64,000 nucleotides of DNA from Eledone cirrhosa (taxonomy: Eukaryota): contig OZ024745.1 in NCBI GenBank assembly GCA_964016885.1, positions 23,064,001-23,128,000 of the forward strand, in the 5' to 3' direction. This document shows, in pieces, positions 1-13,121 of the stretch. The notes beneath the pieces were generated by a model. That model was not told the DNA's origin. It made no database searches and worked only from the letters and a program-made list of their open reading frames with translations. The stretch's first letter is position 1. Every line of letters starts with the position of its first letter. The position numbers were made by a program, and so were the translations under genes.

Positions 1-68
1 ATCGAGCTAGCTACACTATCCAACTTTTTATATCTCTCTCCCAACCTATCTATCTATCTATCTATCTA

Positions 69-735
69 CGAGTTCGAGACAAGATCTACAGGCACGGACT
101 CCCCGGCAGGGATCCTTCCAAGAGGACGTGTCCAAGATGCGAGCAGGACATTGAAATCGTCCTGCACGCAAGTGTACACTGCCCGGGCGTAACCGAACTA
201 TGCAGAACAACTGTTGTCGCTTATGGGACAAACCAAGTTGACTGCCGAGTCCATAGTAACTGCCGAGTCCATATAGTGGCTATGGTGAAAGAGGTTATAT
301 GGTGGACGAGATTGAGAGGACTGAGGACAGATGCCTTTCTCTCCGGACAACGACTCATTCCCTTCTTTAGGTACCACTTTAGAAGGAGAATCAGAGTGGA
401 GAGAGAGGCACTGCACCCCAGTAAATTTACTGAAAGGTGGGTGAATGAAGCGAAAATGGCCCGAGTGATTGGGCCTTCTCTGTATATAAACCTGCGGGTT
501 GAAGAAGAGAGCAAAAGTAAGAAAGGAGCAATTGCACAACACGCTCCTGGAGTTGAGGCTTGTTTTATCGACGGGGTATTAAACAACCCATTTGTAACGC
601 CTCCGCCCTATTGGGGATTTCGATTGTTAAATTTGTTTGTTTTAATAGGATATTTTTACACGATTGTATGTAAAATCCCCGGCATGTCTTTGTATTGTCC
701 CCTTTCCTTGTGCGCCCTTGTGGCTAATAAAGAAA
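69..735 (+). mobile_element. 3' fragment of an L1/Tx1-clade LINE (ORF2 C-terminus + 3'UTR) between ATCT-type microsatellites
   Basis: Frame from 69 reads RVRDKIYRHGLPGRDPSKRTCPRCEQDIEIVLHASVHCP (C-x2-C-x8-H-x4-C zinc knuckle of L1/Tx1 ORF2); continues frameshifted in ORF 276-839; AATAAA at ~726; (TATC)n on both sides. Confidence 0.7.
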
Positions 736-1064
736 TATATCTATTTCTCTATTTATCTATTTATCTATTTATCTACCTATTATCTTTCCATCTAACTAAC
801 TATCTCTCTATCTATGTGCACATGTCTCAAGTCTCATAAACTGGAAGCGACTACTGAACCTATTCGTTATAAAATTTCAAAAGAGTGACAAGATTCCGCC
901 ATTTTCAGACGAGTAAACTAACCGTTCTGGGTTGTTTTACCAACCTCCAGGCACCGAATGCCTTTCATTTATTATTCGAAACTTCGCTTCATTTCGTTTT
1001 CTCTAACTTTTTCATTCCACTGTATATGAGTATGTGTGTGCATGTGTATGCGTGTGTGTGTTTC

Positions 1065-1116
<52 letters not shown>

Positions 1117-1244
1117 GTTATTCCGGGTTGAATCGGAGGTAACCACAGTAAGTAAGGTACTCAATACATAGCAGAGTATAAAAGTTTTAATATAGATGAG
1201 ATTCTACAGGACTAGAACTGTTTCATTCTTTTAGAAATCATCAG

Positions 1245-1246
<2 letters not shown>
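1117..1246 (-). mobile_element. Solo PLE pLTR fragment in (TA)n with HHR core
   Basis: Minus strand reads CTGATGA-tttc-taaaa-gaat-GAAAC at 1215-1245; near-identical copy at 62800-62921 next to a PLE ORF. Confidence 0.7.
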
Positions 1247-1287
<41 letters not shown>

Positions 1288-1885
1288 GAAGAAGTTTATG
1301 AAACGGAAATGCGGGTATAAAGAATTTACTAGGTAACAATTGTTTCTATAGTGTGTGGGTTACCTATACCTCGCTATTTGTATAATATAAAAACATGTTC
1401 ATAAATCGTAGGTACACTGTAAAAGAACACACCATGTCGTCAGACCTTTATGGTAGAATGATAGGAGAATATTTTATACACTAGATATGTGAGAAAGTAG
1501 GAGGTAGGAAGGGAAGAGGAAGAGGGAAACGAGTAAGGGGGAGGTAGTCTTAGGATTCAAGACTGTCGGAGTAGTAGAGATTGTATAGAAGAAAATGTTT
1601 TGGCAGCAGTTAGCTAAATGAGGCGTGTTAGGGTTGGCGGGGGAAGTAAATTCTTCTAGTGGTGTTGTTTGGACAAAATTTAGTTAAAGGGGTCAATGTA
1701 GTACAGAATTATAGACAAGTTATTGGGGCTATTATAGTAGCAGGATATTTCTAAAGGGGTCTAAAAAACAGTGTTTAGTGCTATTATTATAAAAAGCGAT
1801 ATCGTATGTATAAACATATAAAAATATGAAATAAAAATAATAAAAATTTGCAAATGGTGGTGTAAAAAGATAACATTACATGCAT

Positions 1886-2310
1886 TTAAAAAAAAGAAAA
1901 AGTCGTTTTTAAACGATGGTTACAGTAAAGTGAACGTTCAATTTTGCTGTTCAAAAGTTTGTTTTCCGACGTTAAAATGCAGTATATCTCCATATTGCAT
2001 AATTTACAAAATCGGTGATTTTGCTTATATGCTGGCCCAAATGTAATAATTTGCCAATCAAGGGAGAATGCTTGATTGTTCTTCCGAAGCTGCCAGGCTT
2101 TATGGGCGAGGGCTGTTACGGAGCGCATTTTCTCATGCTTGATCGAAGATCGATGTTGGTATAGGCGAGCTTTGAAAGATGTTGCGGTACATCCGACGTA
2201 ATACCATTTGGTGGTTCCGGAATTTATTGTACATCGGTAGACAATATTGCGTGTTAGGCATTGGTTATTCAATGGGCACGAACCTGGTTTAGTGCAGTTA
2301 CAGTTATTTT
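1886..2310 (-). pseudogene. PLE GIY-YIG endonuclease fragment with CxCx5C linker
   Basis: ORF 1886-2272 plus upstream CNCTKPGSCPL; homologous to the C-terminus of ORF 60940-62841. Confidence 0.85.
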
Positions 2311-2585
2311 TATGTTTTGCAGTAGTATCCTGGATAGTTTGGTGGGGTTGTAGCTGCGTGTTAGTGCGTTGTATGTCGCTATGCTGGTGCGCTGTGTCAT
2401 TAGGGATGTACTCATTTAGCTAACTGCTGCAAAAACATTTTCTTCTATACAATCTCTACTACTCCGACAGTCTTGAATCCTAAGACTACCTCCCCCTTAC
2501 TCGCTTCCCTCTTCCTCTTCCCTTCCTACCTCCTACTTTCTCACATATCTAGTGTATAAAATATTCTCCTATCATTCTACCATAA

Positions 2586-2701
2586 ATGTCTGACGACATG
2601 GTGTGTTCTCTTACAGTGTACCTACGATTTATGATAATATTTTTATATTATACAAATAGCGAGGTATAGGTAACCACACACTATAGAAACAATTGTTACC
2701 T
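2586..2701 (+). ncRNA. Hammerhead-like motif with very long stem II (second copy 1331-1447, minus)
   Basis: CTGACGA-c-ATGGTGTG...CACACTAT-a-GAAAC-AATT-GTT-ACCT; stem I AGGT/ACCT is intact in the minus copy. Confidence 0.55.
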
Positions 2702-2867
2702 AGTAAATTCTTTATACCCGCATTTCCGTTTCATAAACTTCTTCTTCATATTTTCTCCGGATTTTAAAGCATATTTTATTATATTTTATTATACGTTGAG
2801 CAATCTCTGACGTCGGTTGACTCCATCCAATGCGACTACCTAGTAACATTGGAGTACAGATTTATTA

Positions 2868-2967
<100 letters not shown>

Positions 2968-3584
2968 ACTTGTAAAAATCTTATAATGAAATGAGTCGTC
3001 TGGGAAATGATATATTTGATATATCTAATATGAAATAATACAGCCAATTATCCACACAATACAATATAGTTATCACCCCAAACGTTTAATTGGGAATATA
3101 CTCAGGTATTTCCTAATGTTTGTTGAGTGAGTTGGAATTTGGCCGGAGTATCGCTTTTAGCTTTCTCCGACCGATTATGTATTTATATATATTTATATAT
3201 ATATAGAACATCTTAAACAAAATCACTAAATCATTGAGGTGTAGATCCCAATAATGTACTCTAAAAAGAACACTTCACAAGCATCTTTCCTTCGGGACAT
3301 ATTCACAGTTAAGTAACCTAAAAATAGGAAGCCTCACTAAATTCTATAATTGCAGTTTCAAAACTGAAGAATAAGTCAGACCACTCCAATATATTGAAAT
3401 GGCCGTCATTAACAGAGAAGTTTTTCATCAGAGGGATTTCTGTAAGGTATAAGAAAAATATAAATACCCGTTAGAAGAAATTGTGATCATCTCTCATCGA
3501 ATCAATTTGATGCAATAAAATCGGTTTTCATGGGGATGTTATGTATATTCGTGACAAATTTACTTCTGTATATATATAATATAC

Positions 3585-3773
3585 ATAAAGTTTCATAAGC
3601 TGACTATGAAGGAATGATGCTAGAGATGTGAAACTTTGCATGCATAAATTTCAACTCTTCTTATTAATAACTACATTGTTTTTATTCTAGTGACTATGCT
3701 GAAAAATAAACCTGATTTGGTCGTTTCATGAGAGTGTCTTGGTCAGCCTACGAACTTTTCAGCCGATTCTCGT
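3585..3773. mobile_element. Mariner-derived MITE remnant
   Basis: Homologous to 4220-4424, 10791-11222 and 11287-11457; ends in AACTTTTCAGCCGATTCTCGT. Confidence 0.6.
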
Positions 3774-3952
3774 GTATATATATATATGTGTGGGTGGGGG
3801 GGGGGGGGGGGGGTATTTTAGTAACGAAAATAACAGTTTTAATAATGACGGCAAATGCACAACAACAAAACAAACAAAACACGCAGGTGCACACACGCAC
3901 ATACACATATACACGCATACACACACATATACACATACATACAAACACATAA

Positions 3953-3987
<35 letters not shown>

Positions 3988-4219
3988 CATACACACACAC
4001 ATTTAGAATAGTGAGTAGAATGTCGTCATTTGTAAGGCGTCACCATGAACCTAAAGCCCAACGTATTATTAAAGAATGAGTTTGACAAGACAGGCGGACA
4101 TATGCATAAGAGAGCTATTTAAAATGTGCAGCTCACGTGATGGTAAAAAAAACCCAAGAGCAGACAACCAACAATCAAACAACAACAATAATAATAATTC
4201 TTTACATAGCCAAATGGTT

Positions 4220-4424
4220 ATGCGAAGGTCGGCTAAAAGGTTTATAGGCTGAGCGAGAACCTCTCATTGAATGACCAAATAAGGTTTATTTTTCAACATA
4301 CTTCCTGAACAGAAACAATGTAGTTAGTTATTAATCAGAAGAGCTGAAAATAATGCATGAAAATTTCACAGCTCTAGCATCACTCCTTTATAGTCAGCCT
4401 ATGAACTTTTCAGACAAATCTCGT
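4220..4424. mobile_element. Mariner-derived MITE
   Basis: Degenerate TIRs TGCGAAGGTCGGCTAAAAGGTTTATAGGCTGA / TCAGCCTATGAACTTTTCAGACAAATCTCGTA. Confidence 0.65.
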
Positions 4425-4612
4425 ATATTTAGTAAAAGAGAAATGTACATTATATCTAATATATTATTAGATGATTCAATCAAAAATATTACATTATATC
4501 TAATATATTATTTGATTTGTTTATTTATTTTACGGTCCAAGGATGAAAATAAAGGTACCTAACCAAATGACACAAAATATTTTGTTAACCGCTCTACCGA
4601 TTTCACCATTCA

Positions 4613-4808
4613 ATCATAATTGTTTCTACTTTTGGCATAAGGCCAGCAATTATCCCAGTGTATCACTGGTACTTTATTTTATCGACCCCGTAAGGATGAA
4701 AGGCAAAGTTAACCTCGGCGGGATTTGAACACAGACCTTAAAGGGCCGTAACTCTTTGCTGCAAAGCATGGAGTCCGACCCTCTACCGATACTGCCAATC
4801 CACCGCCC
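4613..4808 (-). mobile_element. tRNA-derived SINE family A (Meta-like central domain)
   Basis: Minus strand GGCGGTGGATTGGCAGTATCGGTAGAG..GTTCAAATCCC..GCCTTTCATCCTTACGGGGTCGATAAAATAAAGTACCAG; ~13 bp TSD TTCAATCATAATT; more than 12 copies in the window. Confidence 0.85.
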
Positions 4809-4835
4809 TTTCAATCATAATTATATCATTAACAG

Positions 4836-4980
4836 GCGGTAGAACGTCAGATGGAATACTTTGTGCTATTCGTTTCGGGGCTCTGCTCTATCAGTTCAAA
4901 TCCCGCCGAGGTCAACTTTGCTTTTCATCCTTTCGAGGTCAATAAAAAAATTACCAGTCTAGTACTGGAGTCGATTCTTC
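4836..4980 (+). mobile_element. Diverged SINE family A copy
   Basis: GTTCAAATCCCGCCGAGGTCAACTTTGCTTTTCATCCTTTCGAGGTC. Confidence 0.7.
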
Positions 4981-5296
4981 CTCTATATATCTTTCTCACT
5001 CTTTCTCTTCTTCTCTGGAAGAAATCTACTGTATTCAGGCCTGGAGACGGAGGGGATCCTCTAGGCTTAAAATTCCCAAGAAACGCCGTATGTCAATACT
5101 TCGCTCCTACGACTCCAACAAAAGCTAGGGGACCATACCACCATACCATTACAGCCGGCTAACATTCGACCATACCTATATATTTAGCTACCCCTTTATT
5201 TTCCTGCTGGAGTGGTGTTTCATTTATTTAATGTTTCTTCTGTCCGTCTTTCTCTTCTTCTCTCCTAGAAAAACTCTATATTCTTTCAATGTTTTT

Positions 5297-5332
5297 CTTT
5301 CCGATGACGGACAAGCGTTCGAAACGTTACGA
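5297..5332 (+). ncRNA. Degenerate minimal HHR
   Basis: CCGATGA-c-GGAC-aagc-GTTC-GAAACGTT; same type as 7508, 9744 and 21862. Confidence 0.45.
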
Positions 5333-5582
5333 TGTTTTCAGTTCTTCTTTAGACGTTATATTAATATACTGTTGTTTCTGTCGCCAATCATTTATTTCTA
5401 TTAGAAAACTCACACTCACATACATAGACACATGTGTATAGATATATAATTATATATCTGTTGTGCGTGTATATATATATATATATATACCTGGGGAGGG
5501 AAAGGCTTTGCCACGTTTAAATGCCTACGACACGCCGTAAATCAACACGGTGCCCTATGATATGTGTATATGCATATGTATT

Positions 5583-5656
<74 letters not shown>

Positions 5657-5694
5657 CATACACTCAAACACACACACTTACACATATATATATA

Positions 5695-5780
<86 letters not shown>

Positions 5781-5852
5781 AATATATATGTATATATATA
5801 CATACATACATACACTCAAACACACACACTTACACATATATATATATATATA

Positions 5853-5890
<38 letters not shown>

Positions 5891-5940
5891 CATACACACA
5901 CTCAAACACACACACTTACACATATATATAATTATATATA

Positions 5941-5984
<44 letters not shown>

Positions 5985-6030
5985 CATACACTCAAACACA
6001 CACACTTACACATATATATATATAATTATA

Positions 6031-6070
<40 letters not shown>

Positions 6071-6074
6071 TAAT

Positions 6075-6136
<62 letters not shown>

Positions 6137-6435
6137 TAGGAATATATTTCATTTGATTTTATTTTAGGCACGAAACGAAATTTACTGTATTATATTTTCT
6201 TTTTGGGTTCACTTTTTAATGTTGCAAAAGATAATTTATTAGAAATTCTCAACGTAGAGTAAGCAGGATGTTATAAATATGTATTGGAATTTTATCATGA
6301 GTTTTATAGGTGTTGTTTCTTGTTTTTAGCAGACACCATGAAATTAAATGACTCCAGAGGCGGTGTAGTCAATAAAATTTATGTAAATGGGGAAGATGTT
6401 CTTGTTACATATGTACATACATACTACTGTATTGT

Positions 6436-6504
<69 letters not shown>

Positions 6505-6542
6505 CGCGTGTGTGCGTGCGTGCGTGTGTGTGCGTGTAAATA

Positions 6543-6585
<43 letters not shown>

Positions 6586-6592
6586 ACATATA

Positions 6593-6638
<46 letters not shown>

Positions 6639-6665
6639 ATATATATGTATATATATATATATATG

Positions 6666-6774
<109 letters not shown>

Positions 6775-6775
6775 G

Positions 6776-6867
<92 letters not shown>

Positions 6868-6879
6868 TATACTATATAC

Positions 6880-7150
6880 CTCGATTTTGTATTTGTTTTG
6901 CAAGATGTTTTATCTGAAAACGTGTGTTGTAACAGATATTGTTATACTTTGGGTGGGCCATGCTTACAATAAATACATATGCCTGATAGGTTTCACTTCA
7001 ATTTATTACAATAATTACTCAGAAGGTTAGTTTAATAACTGAATAGTTGTTTATTTGTTGATGGTCAAATCTCTTTTGTCACACATTCTATCACCTCCTC
7101 AGTGACTAATTTTGTTGTTGCTTTGTATTTCTTCTTTGTACATCATCTTG
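6880..7150 (-). mobile_element. Old solo pLTR of a Neptune-like PLE with decayed HHR (~7063-7107)
   Basis: Reverse complement aligns to 26100-26368; AGTCA-CTGAGGA-G-GTGAT..GTGAC-AAAAG. Confidence 0.65.
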
Positions 7151-7507
7151 TCTTTGTGACAATAACTAAAGTTCTTCTCTGATCTCTCTGTGACAAGCAG
7201 GCGAAAGTCCAGCGTAACAAGACTTACTATTTAGCCTTAAGAAAATGAATATATAATAAAGAGCCAGGACCCGACGGCTGAGCTCTTGCGCTATCAACAG
7301 CTAGTTCCCGACTCTTTATAATATAACCGTACTTCACTTCCCCAAGTATTGAGTACTCAACTGAGTACTGGTCTAACCAGTTTCAGACTGAAGCCGTCCT
7401 GATCTATATATATATATGTGTAAAAGGTAAACAGAAAAACAACACAATCGGTACAGTATATGGAAGGTATATATTAGGTTAACGCTTGATATAGCAGGAA
7501 GAGGGTA

Positions 7508-7541
7508 TTAAAGTTTCGGACGCTAGTCCTTCATCAGAAGA
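7508..7541 (-). ncRNA. Minimal HHR in (TA)n-flanked pLTR island 7420-7675
   Basis: CTGATGA-a-GGAC-tagc-GTCC-GAAAC. Confidence 0.65.
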
Positions 7542-7672
7542 AATAATGAGAAACAAGATAGATTGAGGGGACGGGCGGGATGGAATTGGAAAAAGTGTCT
7601 TTAGATAAAAATGACAGGTTCATTCATGTTGACATCTCTGGCGAAACTGTTGGTGCTGGCGTTTTGTGTATG

Positions 7673-7707
<35 letters not shown>

Positions 7708-7800
7708 AGACTCGAAACCGATTCGGTAAAGGTAACCATAGTGAGTAAATTTAATTTTTTTAAATTTATATTGAAACTTTTTCTTATTTGCTAAACCTTG

Positions 7801-7845
<45 letters not shown>

Positions 7846-8185
7846 CATATATATAAATTATATATATATATTTATATATTTACATTCAAACCAAATATTG
7901 GAGTTGATTTAATCAATTCTGCTGGCCTTGTGCCTCAATTCGATTGTTATGTACTCGAAGCAGAAATAAATTTTCTTCGAATTTCTCTCCAGTGAATTAG
8001 TCGATGAAATTCCATCCTCCATCTATCTTTGGATTATCTTCCCCCCCCCCCCCCCCCCCCCATTATATAATCAACCAGTTACGAGAGCAGTCTATAATAT
8101 CCTTTGAGCAACCATATAATACCTCACAATAGTGTGACCTGACACACCGCAACAAAATCTTTGGTCTGTCAGGTAGTTGTGTTGC

Positions 8186-8741
8186 CAGGGTCGGATTTAG
8201 ACTTTAGAGGGGAGCACTTCTGGTTTGTGAAGGCGCGTGGCTTAGTGGTTAGATCATTGGGCTTGCAATCGAAAGGTTGTGAGTTCAATTCTCGGACCGG
8301 ATGATGTGTTGTTTCCTTGAGCAAGACACGTTATTTCACGTTGCTCCATTTTACTCAGCTGTAGAAATGAGATAATAGGGACTGGGGTCCCTATCATTAA
8401 ATCACCTCAGACACATCCAACGAGATATACCTTGGAGGAGGCCAGCTAAACCTGCATAGGTGTTAGCTGCCACACACACTTCAGGTTGGGGGGGGGGGGC
8501 TCCTCATACACACAAAAAATAAAAATAGAATACACAGTAAACCCCCCAATTTTACATATCAAAGTCACCTTGCCACAAGTAATTGAAATTGAAAAGTTAT
8601 ACGTACAGGTTTTAAATTTTAAAAATCTAACCATCCTAAAATTAAAGAGACCAGCAGACGGTAGAAATAAATTGCTACATCCGTCGCTGGCAGGGGCCAG
8701 GGGCCATCCCTCCTCCCTCGCGCTCATTAAATCCGGCCCTG
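8186..8741. mobile_element. hAT-type MITE carrying a SINE insertion
   Basis: TIRs CAGGGTCGGATTTA / TAAATCCGGCCCTG; 8 bp TSD TGTGTTGC / TGTGCTGC. Confidence 0.75.
8228..8460 (+). mobile_element. tRNA-derived SINE family B
   Basis: A box TGGCTTAGTGG, B box GAGTTCAATTC, then TGTTTCCTTGAGCAAGACAC; second copy at 23531-23757. Confidence 0.8.
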
Positions 8742-9054
8742 TGTGCTGCTACGTTGATCTTTCGTTATAAAAAACCATGGACAACATAACAACAAATACG
8801 TGAGTTAACTCGAGAGTTTGTTTAAAAGTAAAACGGCGATTAATCGAAAAAATCAGTGGTAAAAACAAAATCCTCGTTAAACATAATTATGATTGAAATA
8901 TACCAACTTCCATGTAAAAAAAAAGTAGTATCGCAGATATACTTTAAGAAAGTAGAGTGCGATATATTCTTTATTTCTTTGTTAATTCGTTTAGAGAGTT
9001 AATTCTGTTTCGGTTGGGTTCGTCGAGCTGAACCTTTTCAAAACTAATATATAT

Positions 9055-9094
<40 letters not shown>

Positions 9095-9111
9095 TGTGCG
9101 TGTATATATAC

Positions 9112-9158
<47 letters not shown>

Positions 9159-9202
9159 GTACATATATATACATATATTATATATATACATACATATATG
9201 TA

Positions 9203-9272
<70 letters not shown>

Positions 9273-9571
9273 AAATTTAGCAATGTAGCATGATCGACAA
9301 CCGAGTCAATATCACTAAATTAGTTCAGCTGTAGGCAAACGTGTTTTGGGAGAAGGAATCTCTGCTAGGAATCTATTTTAAAAACCCATTTACTGTCGTA
9401 CCGTTCATAAAAAGACACGTTCGTGCTCCAATGAAGTTGAGAAAATGCAATATTCGATCGAAGGCAGTCATTTTCTCTTATCCTCCATTCCGAAATTTTG
9501 AGCTTTTAACCACGAGTCTTAAATATAAACTAAAACATGATAAAGCTAGTGAACGTTGTGGGGTGCTTCAT

Positions 9572-9618
<47 letters not shown>

Positions 9619-9743
9619 TGTATAATATATATATATATATATATTGAGGCGGTGTATAAAGAAAGTAAATGGAAACAACAGAGCAAACAACACATACAAT
9701 AGAAAAATATACTAGTTTAACGCTTGATGTAGTAGGAAAAGAG

Positions 9744-9779
9744 TCTTTACATTTCGGGCACTAGTCCTTCATCAGAAGA
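9744..9779 (-). ncRNA. Minimal HHR in pLTR island 9645-9950
   Basis: TCTT-CTGATGA-a-GGAC-tagt-GCCC-GAAATGTA-AAGA (stem I TCTT/AAGA); island homologous to 7420-7675. Confidence 0.6.
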
Positions 9780-9984
9780 TAGAATGAGAAATAAAACATG
9801 AAGTAGAAAGATAGAGAATGAGGAGGGGAAGGAACGGAACAGATATTTTAAAGAAAAAGCAGCTGAACATTCCATGTACACCGTAACCTAATTGTCGAAC
9901 AGATACAATGTGGTACAGTGTGTGACAAAACTGCGGTATTTTGTATTAATTTTTTTTTACTTCAAAAACAGTAAAAATTCTCTC

Positions 9985-10315
9985 TAGGTATCTAGAGGCT
10001 CGTGTGGTGGGGGTGCAGAGTTTTCAAATACACCGCCCAGTGGGTCCTGCCAGAAGCAACTGTCTCCAATTGATCCGGCTGGATCCCAAAGCAAGACCAG
10101 CCAAACTCATGGATGTTATCCAGCCATTTTGCTCGGGGTCTACCTCTTGGGCCACCTGTCGTTTGGTGTTGCTCGTAGAATCTTTCCAGCGATTCTTTCT
10201 TGAGACAATCTAACTACATGACCGTAATATCAGAACTCTGATCTCTCAAATTGGAGAAATAGCGGGTCTACCTGGAGTGACTCTCTGATCTCTGAGCTAC
10301 GCACTCTATCGAGTT
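9985..10315 (-). mobile_element. 3' fragment of an RTE-clade LINE
   Basis: Minus strand DRVRSSEIRESLQVDPLFLQFERSEF*YYGHVVRLSQERIAGKILRATP, typical RTE ORF2 C-terminus. Confidence 0.7.
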
Positions 10316-10790
10316 ACAGCAAAGTTCACTATTATATATAGTAATTTTTTTTGAAAGCGGAAACTTCACAATTTGCGAATAGAAACGACGAAGTAAATCA
10401 CTCAAACGTGAATCAAACACGAATAAAGAAACAATCAAATTTATACAAAATACAAAACAAAAAATATAATCCTAAATAATGAACAGTAAAAAAACGAACA
10501 TTGAATAAAAATTCAATAAAGAGCTGTTAAATACCTACATCGACAATAGAAAACAGGAGAATGGAGAATACATTACTGTAGTATTAAACAAGACAGTTCA
10601 AAGTTCACCTGTTACGTGGTTTGGAATACACCGAGAGAAATTTCTGATTTGGATTTTTTAAAAAATGATAATAGCAAAATAAAAAAGTTAATGTAATGTT
10701 TTCACTAACACTAGAAATTACATTGTTACACTTCAGTCCGCAATTCAAATGGAGTAACAGTGTTAAACTAAGTAGTCCAAATTTCACTAC

Positions 10791-11222
10791 CACGAGGGCC
10801 AGCCAAAATTTCATAAGCTGACTATGAAGGAATGATGCTCGAGGTGTGAAATGTTGGTCAGCCTATGAAGGAGAGATGCTAGAGCTGTGAAATCTTGCAT
10901 GTATTAATCTCAACTCTTCTTAATAATTGTTTCTACTTTTGGCACAAGGTCAGCAATTATTCCAGTGTATTACTGGTACTTTATTTTATCGACCCCGTAA
11001 GGATGAAAGGCAAAGTTAACCTCGGCGAGATTTGAACTCAGAATGGCAAGGGCCGTAACTCTATGCGTCAAAGCATGGTGTCCGACCCTCTACCGATACT
11101 GCCAATCTACCAATAATTACTGCATTGTTTCTTTCCAGCGACTATGTTGACAAATAAACCTTATTTGGTAATTCCATGAGAGTATCTTGGTCAGCCTATG
11201 AACTTTTCAGCCAACCCTCCTA
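10791..11222. mobile_element. Mariner MITE interrupted by SINE A (10921-11112, minus)
   Basis: CACGAGGGCCAGCC... / ...CAGCCAACCCTCCTA; SINE A body inside. Confidence 0.7.
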
Positions 11223-11286
11223 TGTGTTTTGGAATAGTTTAACAGAGAATTCTGTGTTGTAAAGTTGAACATTTTAAAAATTGTAA

Positions 11287-11457
11287 TACGAGGGTCGGCT
11301 GAAAATGTTATAGGCTAACCAAGATTCTCTCATGGAATGATCAAATGAGGTTTATTTTTCGACATAGTCCCTGGAAAGGAACGATGCGGTTATTATTAAG
11401 AAGAGTTGAGATTAATGCATGCAAGATTTCACAGCCCTAGCACAGTCGACCCTCGTA
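11287..11457. mobile_element. Mariner MITE
   Basis: TACGAGGGTCG / CGACCCTCGTA termini (TA target). Confidence 0.75.
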
Positions 11458-11535
11458 TGTAAGCGGGTATATATCTAAGTGTGTATGTCTGCATACATAT
11501 ATATAGGTGGGTATATGTCTATATGTGTGAGTGTG

Positions 11536-11607
<72 letters not shown>

Positions 11608-11800
11608 CGCGTGCGTGTGTGTGTATGTCTGTATATGAGAGAGAGAGAGAGAGAGAGAACGGAGAACCGAACCTCACATCTCTTAAATTCCCTGAAAGTC
11701 CCTAAAGTTATTTTATCTGATTTTCTAAAGCAATTATTACTGATAGCGATTGATCGTTGTTAGAATTATTTTCTGTATTTGGATTACCACATTTCACCAC

Positions 11801-11853
<53 letters not shown>

Positions 11854-11897
11854 AATAAATTATACAATTATGAAAGTTGTGTTCAAATCATTTAATA

Positions 11898-11942
11898 GCT
11901 GACAATCGTTTCTTCCAAACTCTCGTTTGGACTCATCGGAGC
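11898..11942 (-). ncRNA. HHR with CCGAUGA core variant
   Basis: GCT-CCGATGA-g-TCCAAAC-GAGA-GTTTGGA-a-GAAAC-GATT-GTC-AGC. Confidence 0.65.
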
Positions 11943-12394
11943 ATTATCAATGTTTGCACATATAATTACCCTCCTCTCCAACTGAACAATAATATAGATA
12001 CATATAAATTGATGTTGTGAGCAAGTTTCGTATTTACAGGGTGGAATGGATGTGACATATATTTTACGAGAATTGTACAATAATTGTACAAACATTCAAG
12101 TTCAAATCAAAATTAAAATTAAAATCAAAATCAAAATCAGAAGCACGGAGTGGAATACATGCAACAGTTAAAACAAGGGAATAGTCCAAATATTAAAGAG
12201 GCATTGAGGAAGCAGTTTTGAGTGCGATAACAAATCATATGCAGGCGTGTGGATAGTGTGACTGCATAAGTCATATACATGAGAAGGAGAGAAGCAAAGC
12301 TATATGCGTATAGATGAAGAAATATTGCAGTTGAAGCAAATATTTATTCATCTATATATATATGTGTGTGTGTGTGTGTTTATATATATATATA

Positions 12395-12905
12395 TTAGAC
12401 GAATTACCCGCGCCTTGCTGCGTTTCACACATTTTTTCTTTTCGTAAGAAAATGATGATTGATTTTAAATCAGTGATATAATTTATGGAGAAAAACTCTG
12501 CATTTCAATATTAGTCAATGTAAAATGTAATGCACGAAAAATTGGAAAACATTATTTTTTGTAATATATCAAATCAAAATTACATTATTAAATCTTATTC
12601 TTATTTTGTTTCTTGAGAATAATTTTTTTTTAAATATCAATTCAAAACTTTTGTGGATAGGCATCATATCTTGTCATTTACCTATGGTTTAAATTTTATA
12701 TAAATCGAAGGGAAAACATTTTCAGTGGGGGTTTTGTGCCCCCCGGGGAACCCTTTGATTAAAATAAAATATACTTATCCAAGTATCCTGGGCAATGTAG
12801 TTTCAGAATATATATGGTTATGCGGGTCTATCTCCAAAACTATAGGAGGAGTTCGTGAACAAACAAACAAACAAACAGACAGGAATACAACTTTATATAT
12901 ATAGA
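12395..12905 (-). mobile_element. Non-autonomous Helitron-like element
   Basis: Minus strand starts TCTATATATATAAAG, has (TTTG)n, ends in GC-rich hairpin CGCAGCAAGGCGCGGG + CTAA; second copy at 54423-55040 ends in CTAG. Confidence 0.65.
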
Positions 12906-13089
12906 TATTCGAACAGTCAATACTGGCAGAAATTTTAAGATATTTCGTATCCGGGACATTCACGTACAACCGCCTCCAAATAACGTATTGTAAGTAGACT
13001 CACGGTTATATGTTCAAATGTTGTGAGATTGACTGAGTAATAGTAACGACCGAGACTATAATGAATATTTTACATATAGCCTCACTTAA

Positions 13090-13121
<32 letters not shown>

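Noticed and set aside
8230-8300. tRNA gene (also 23531-23600 and the SINE A heads)
   Set aside because: A/B boxes present but no complete cloverleaf and followed by a shared SINE body
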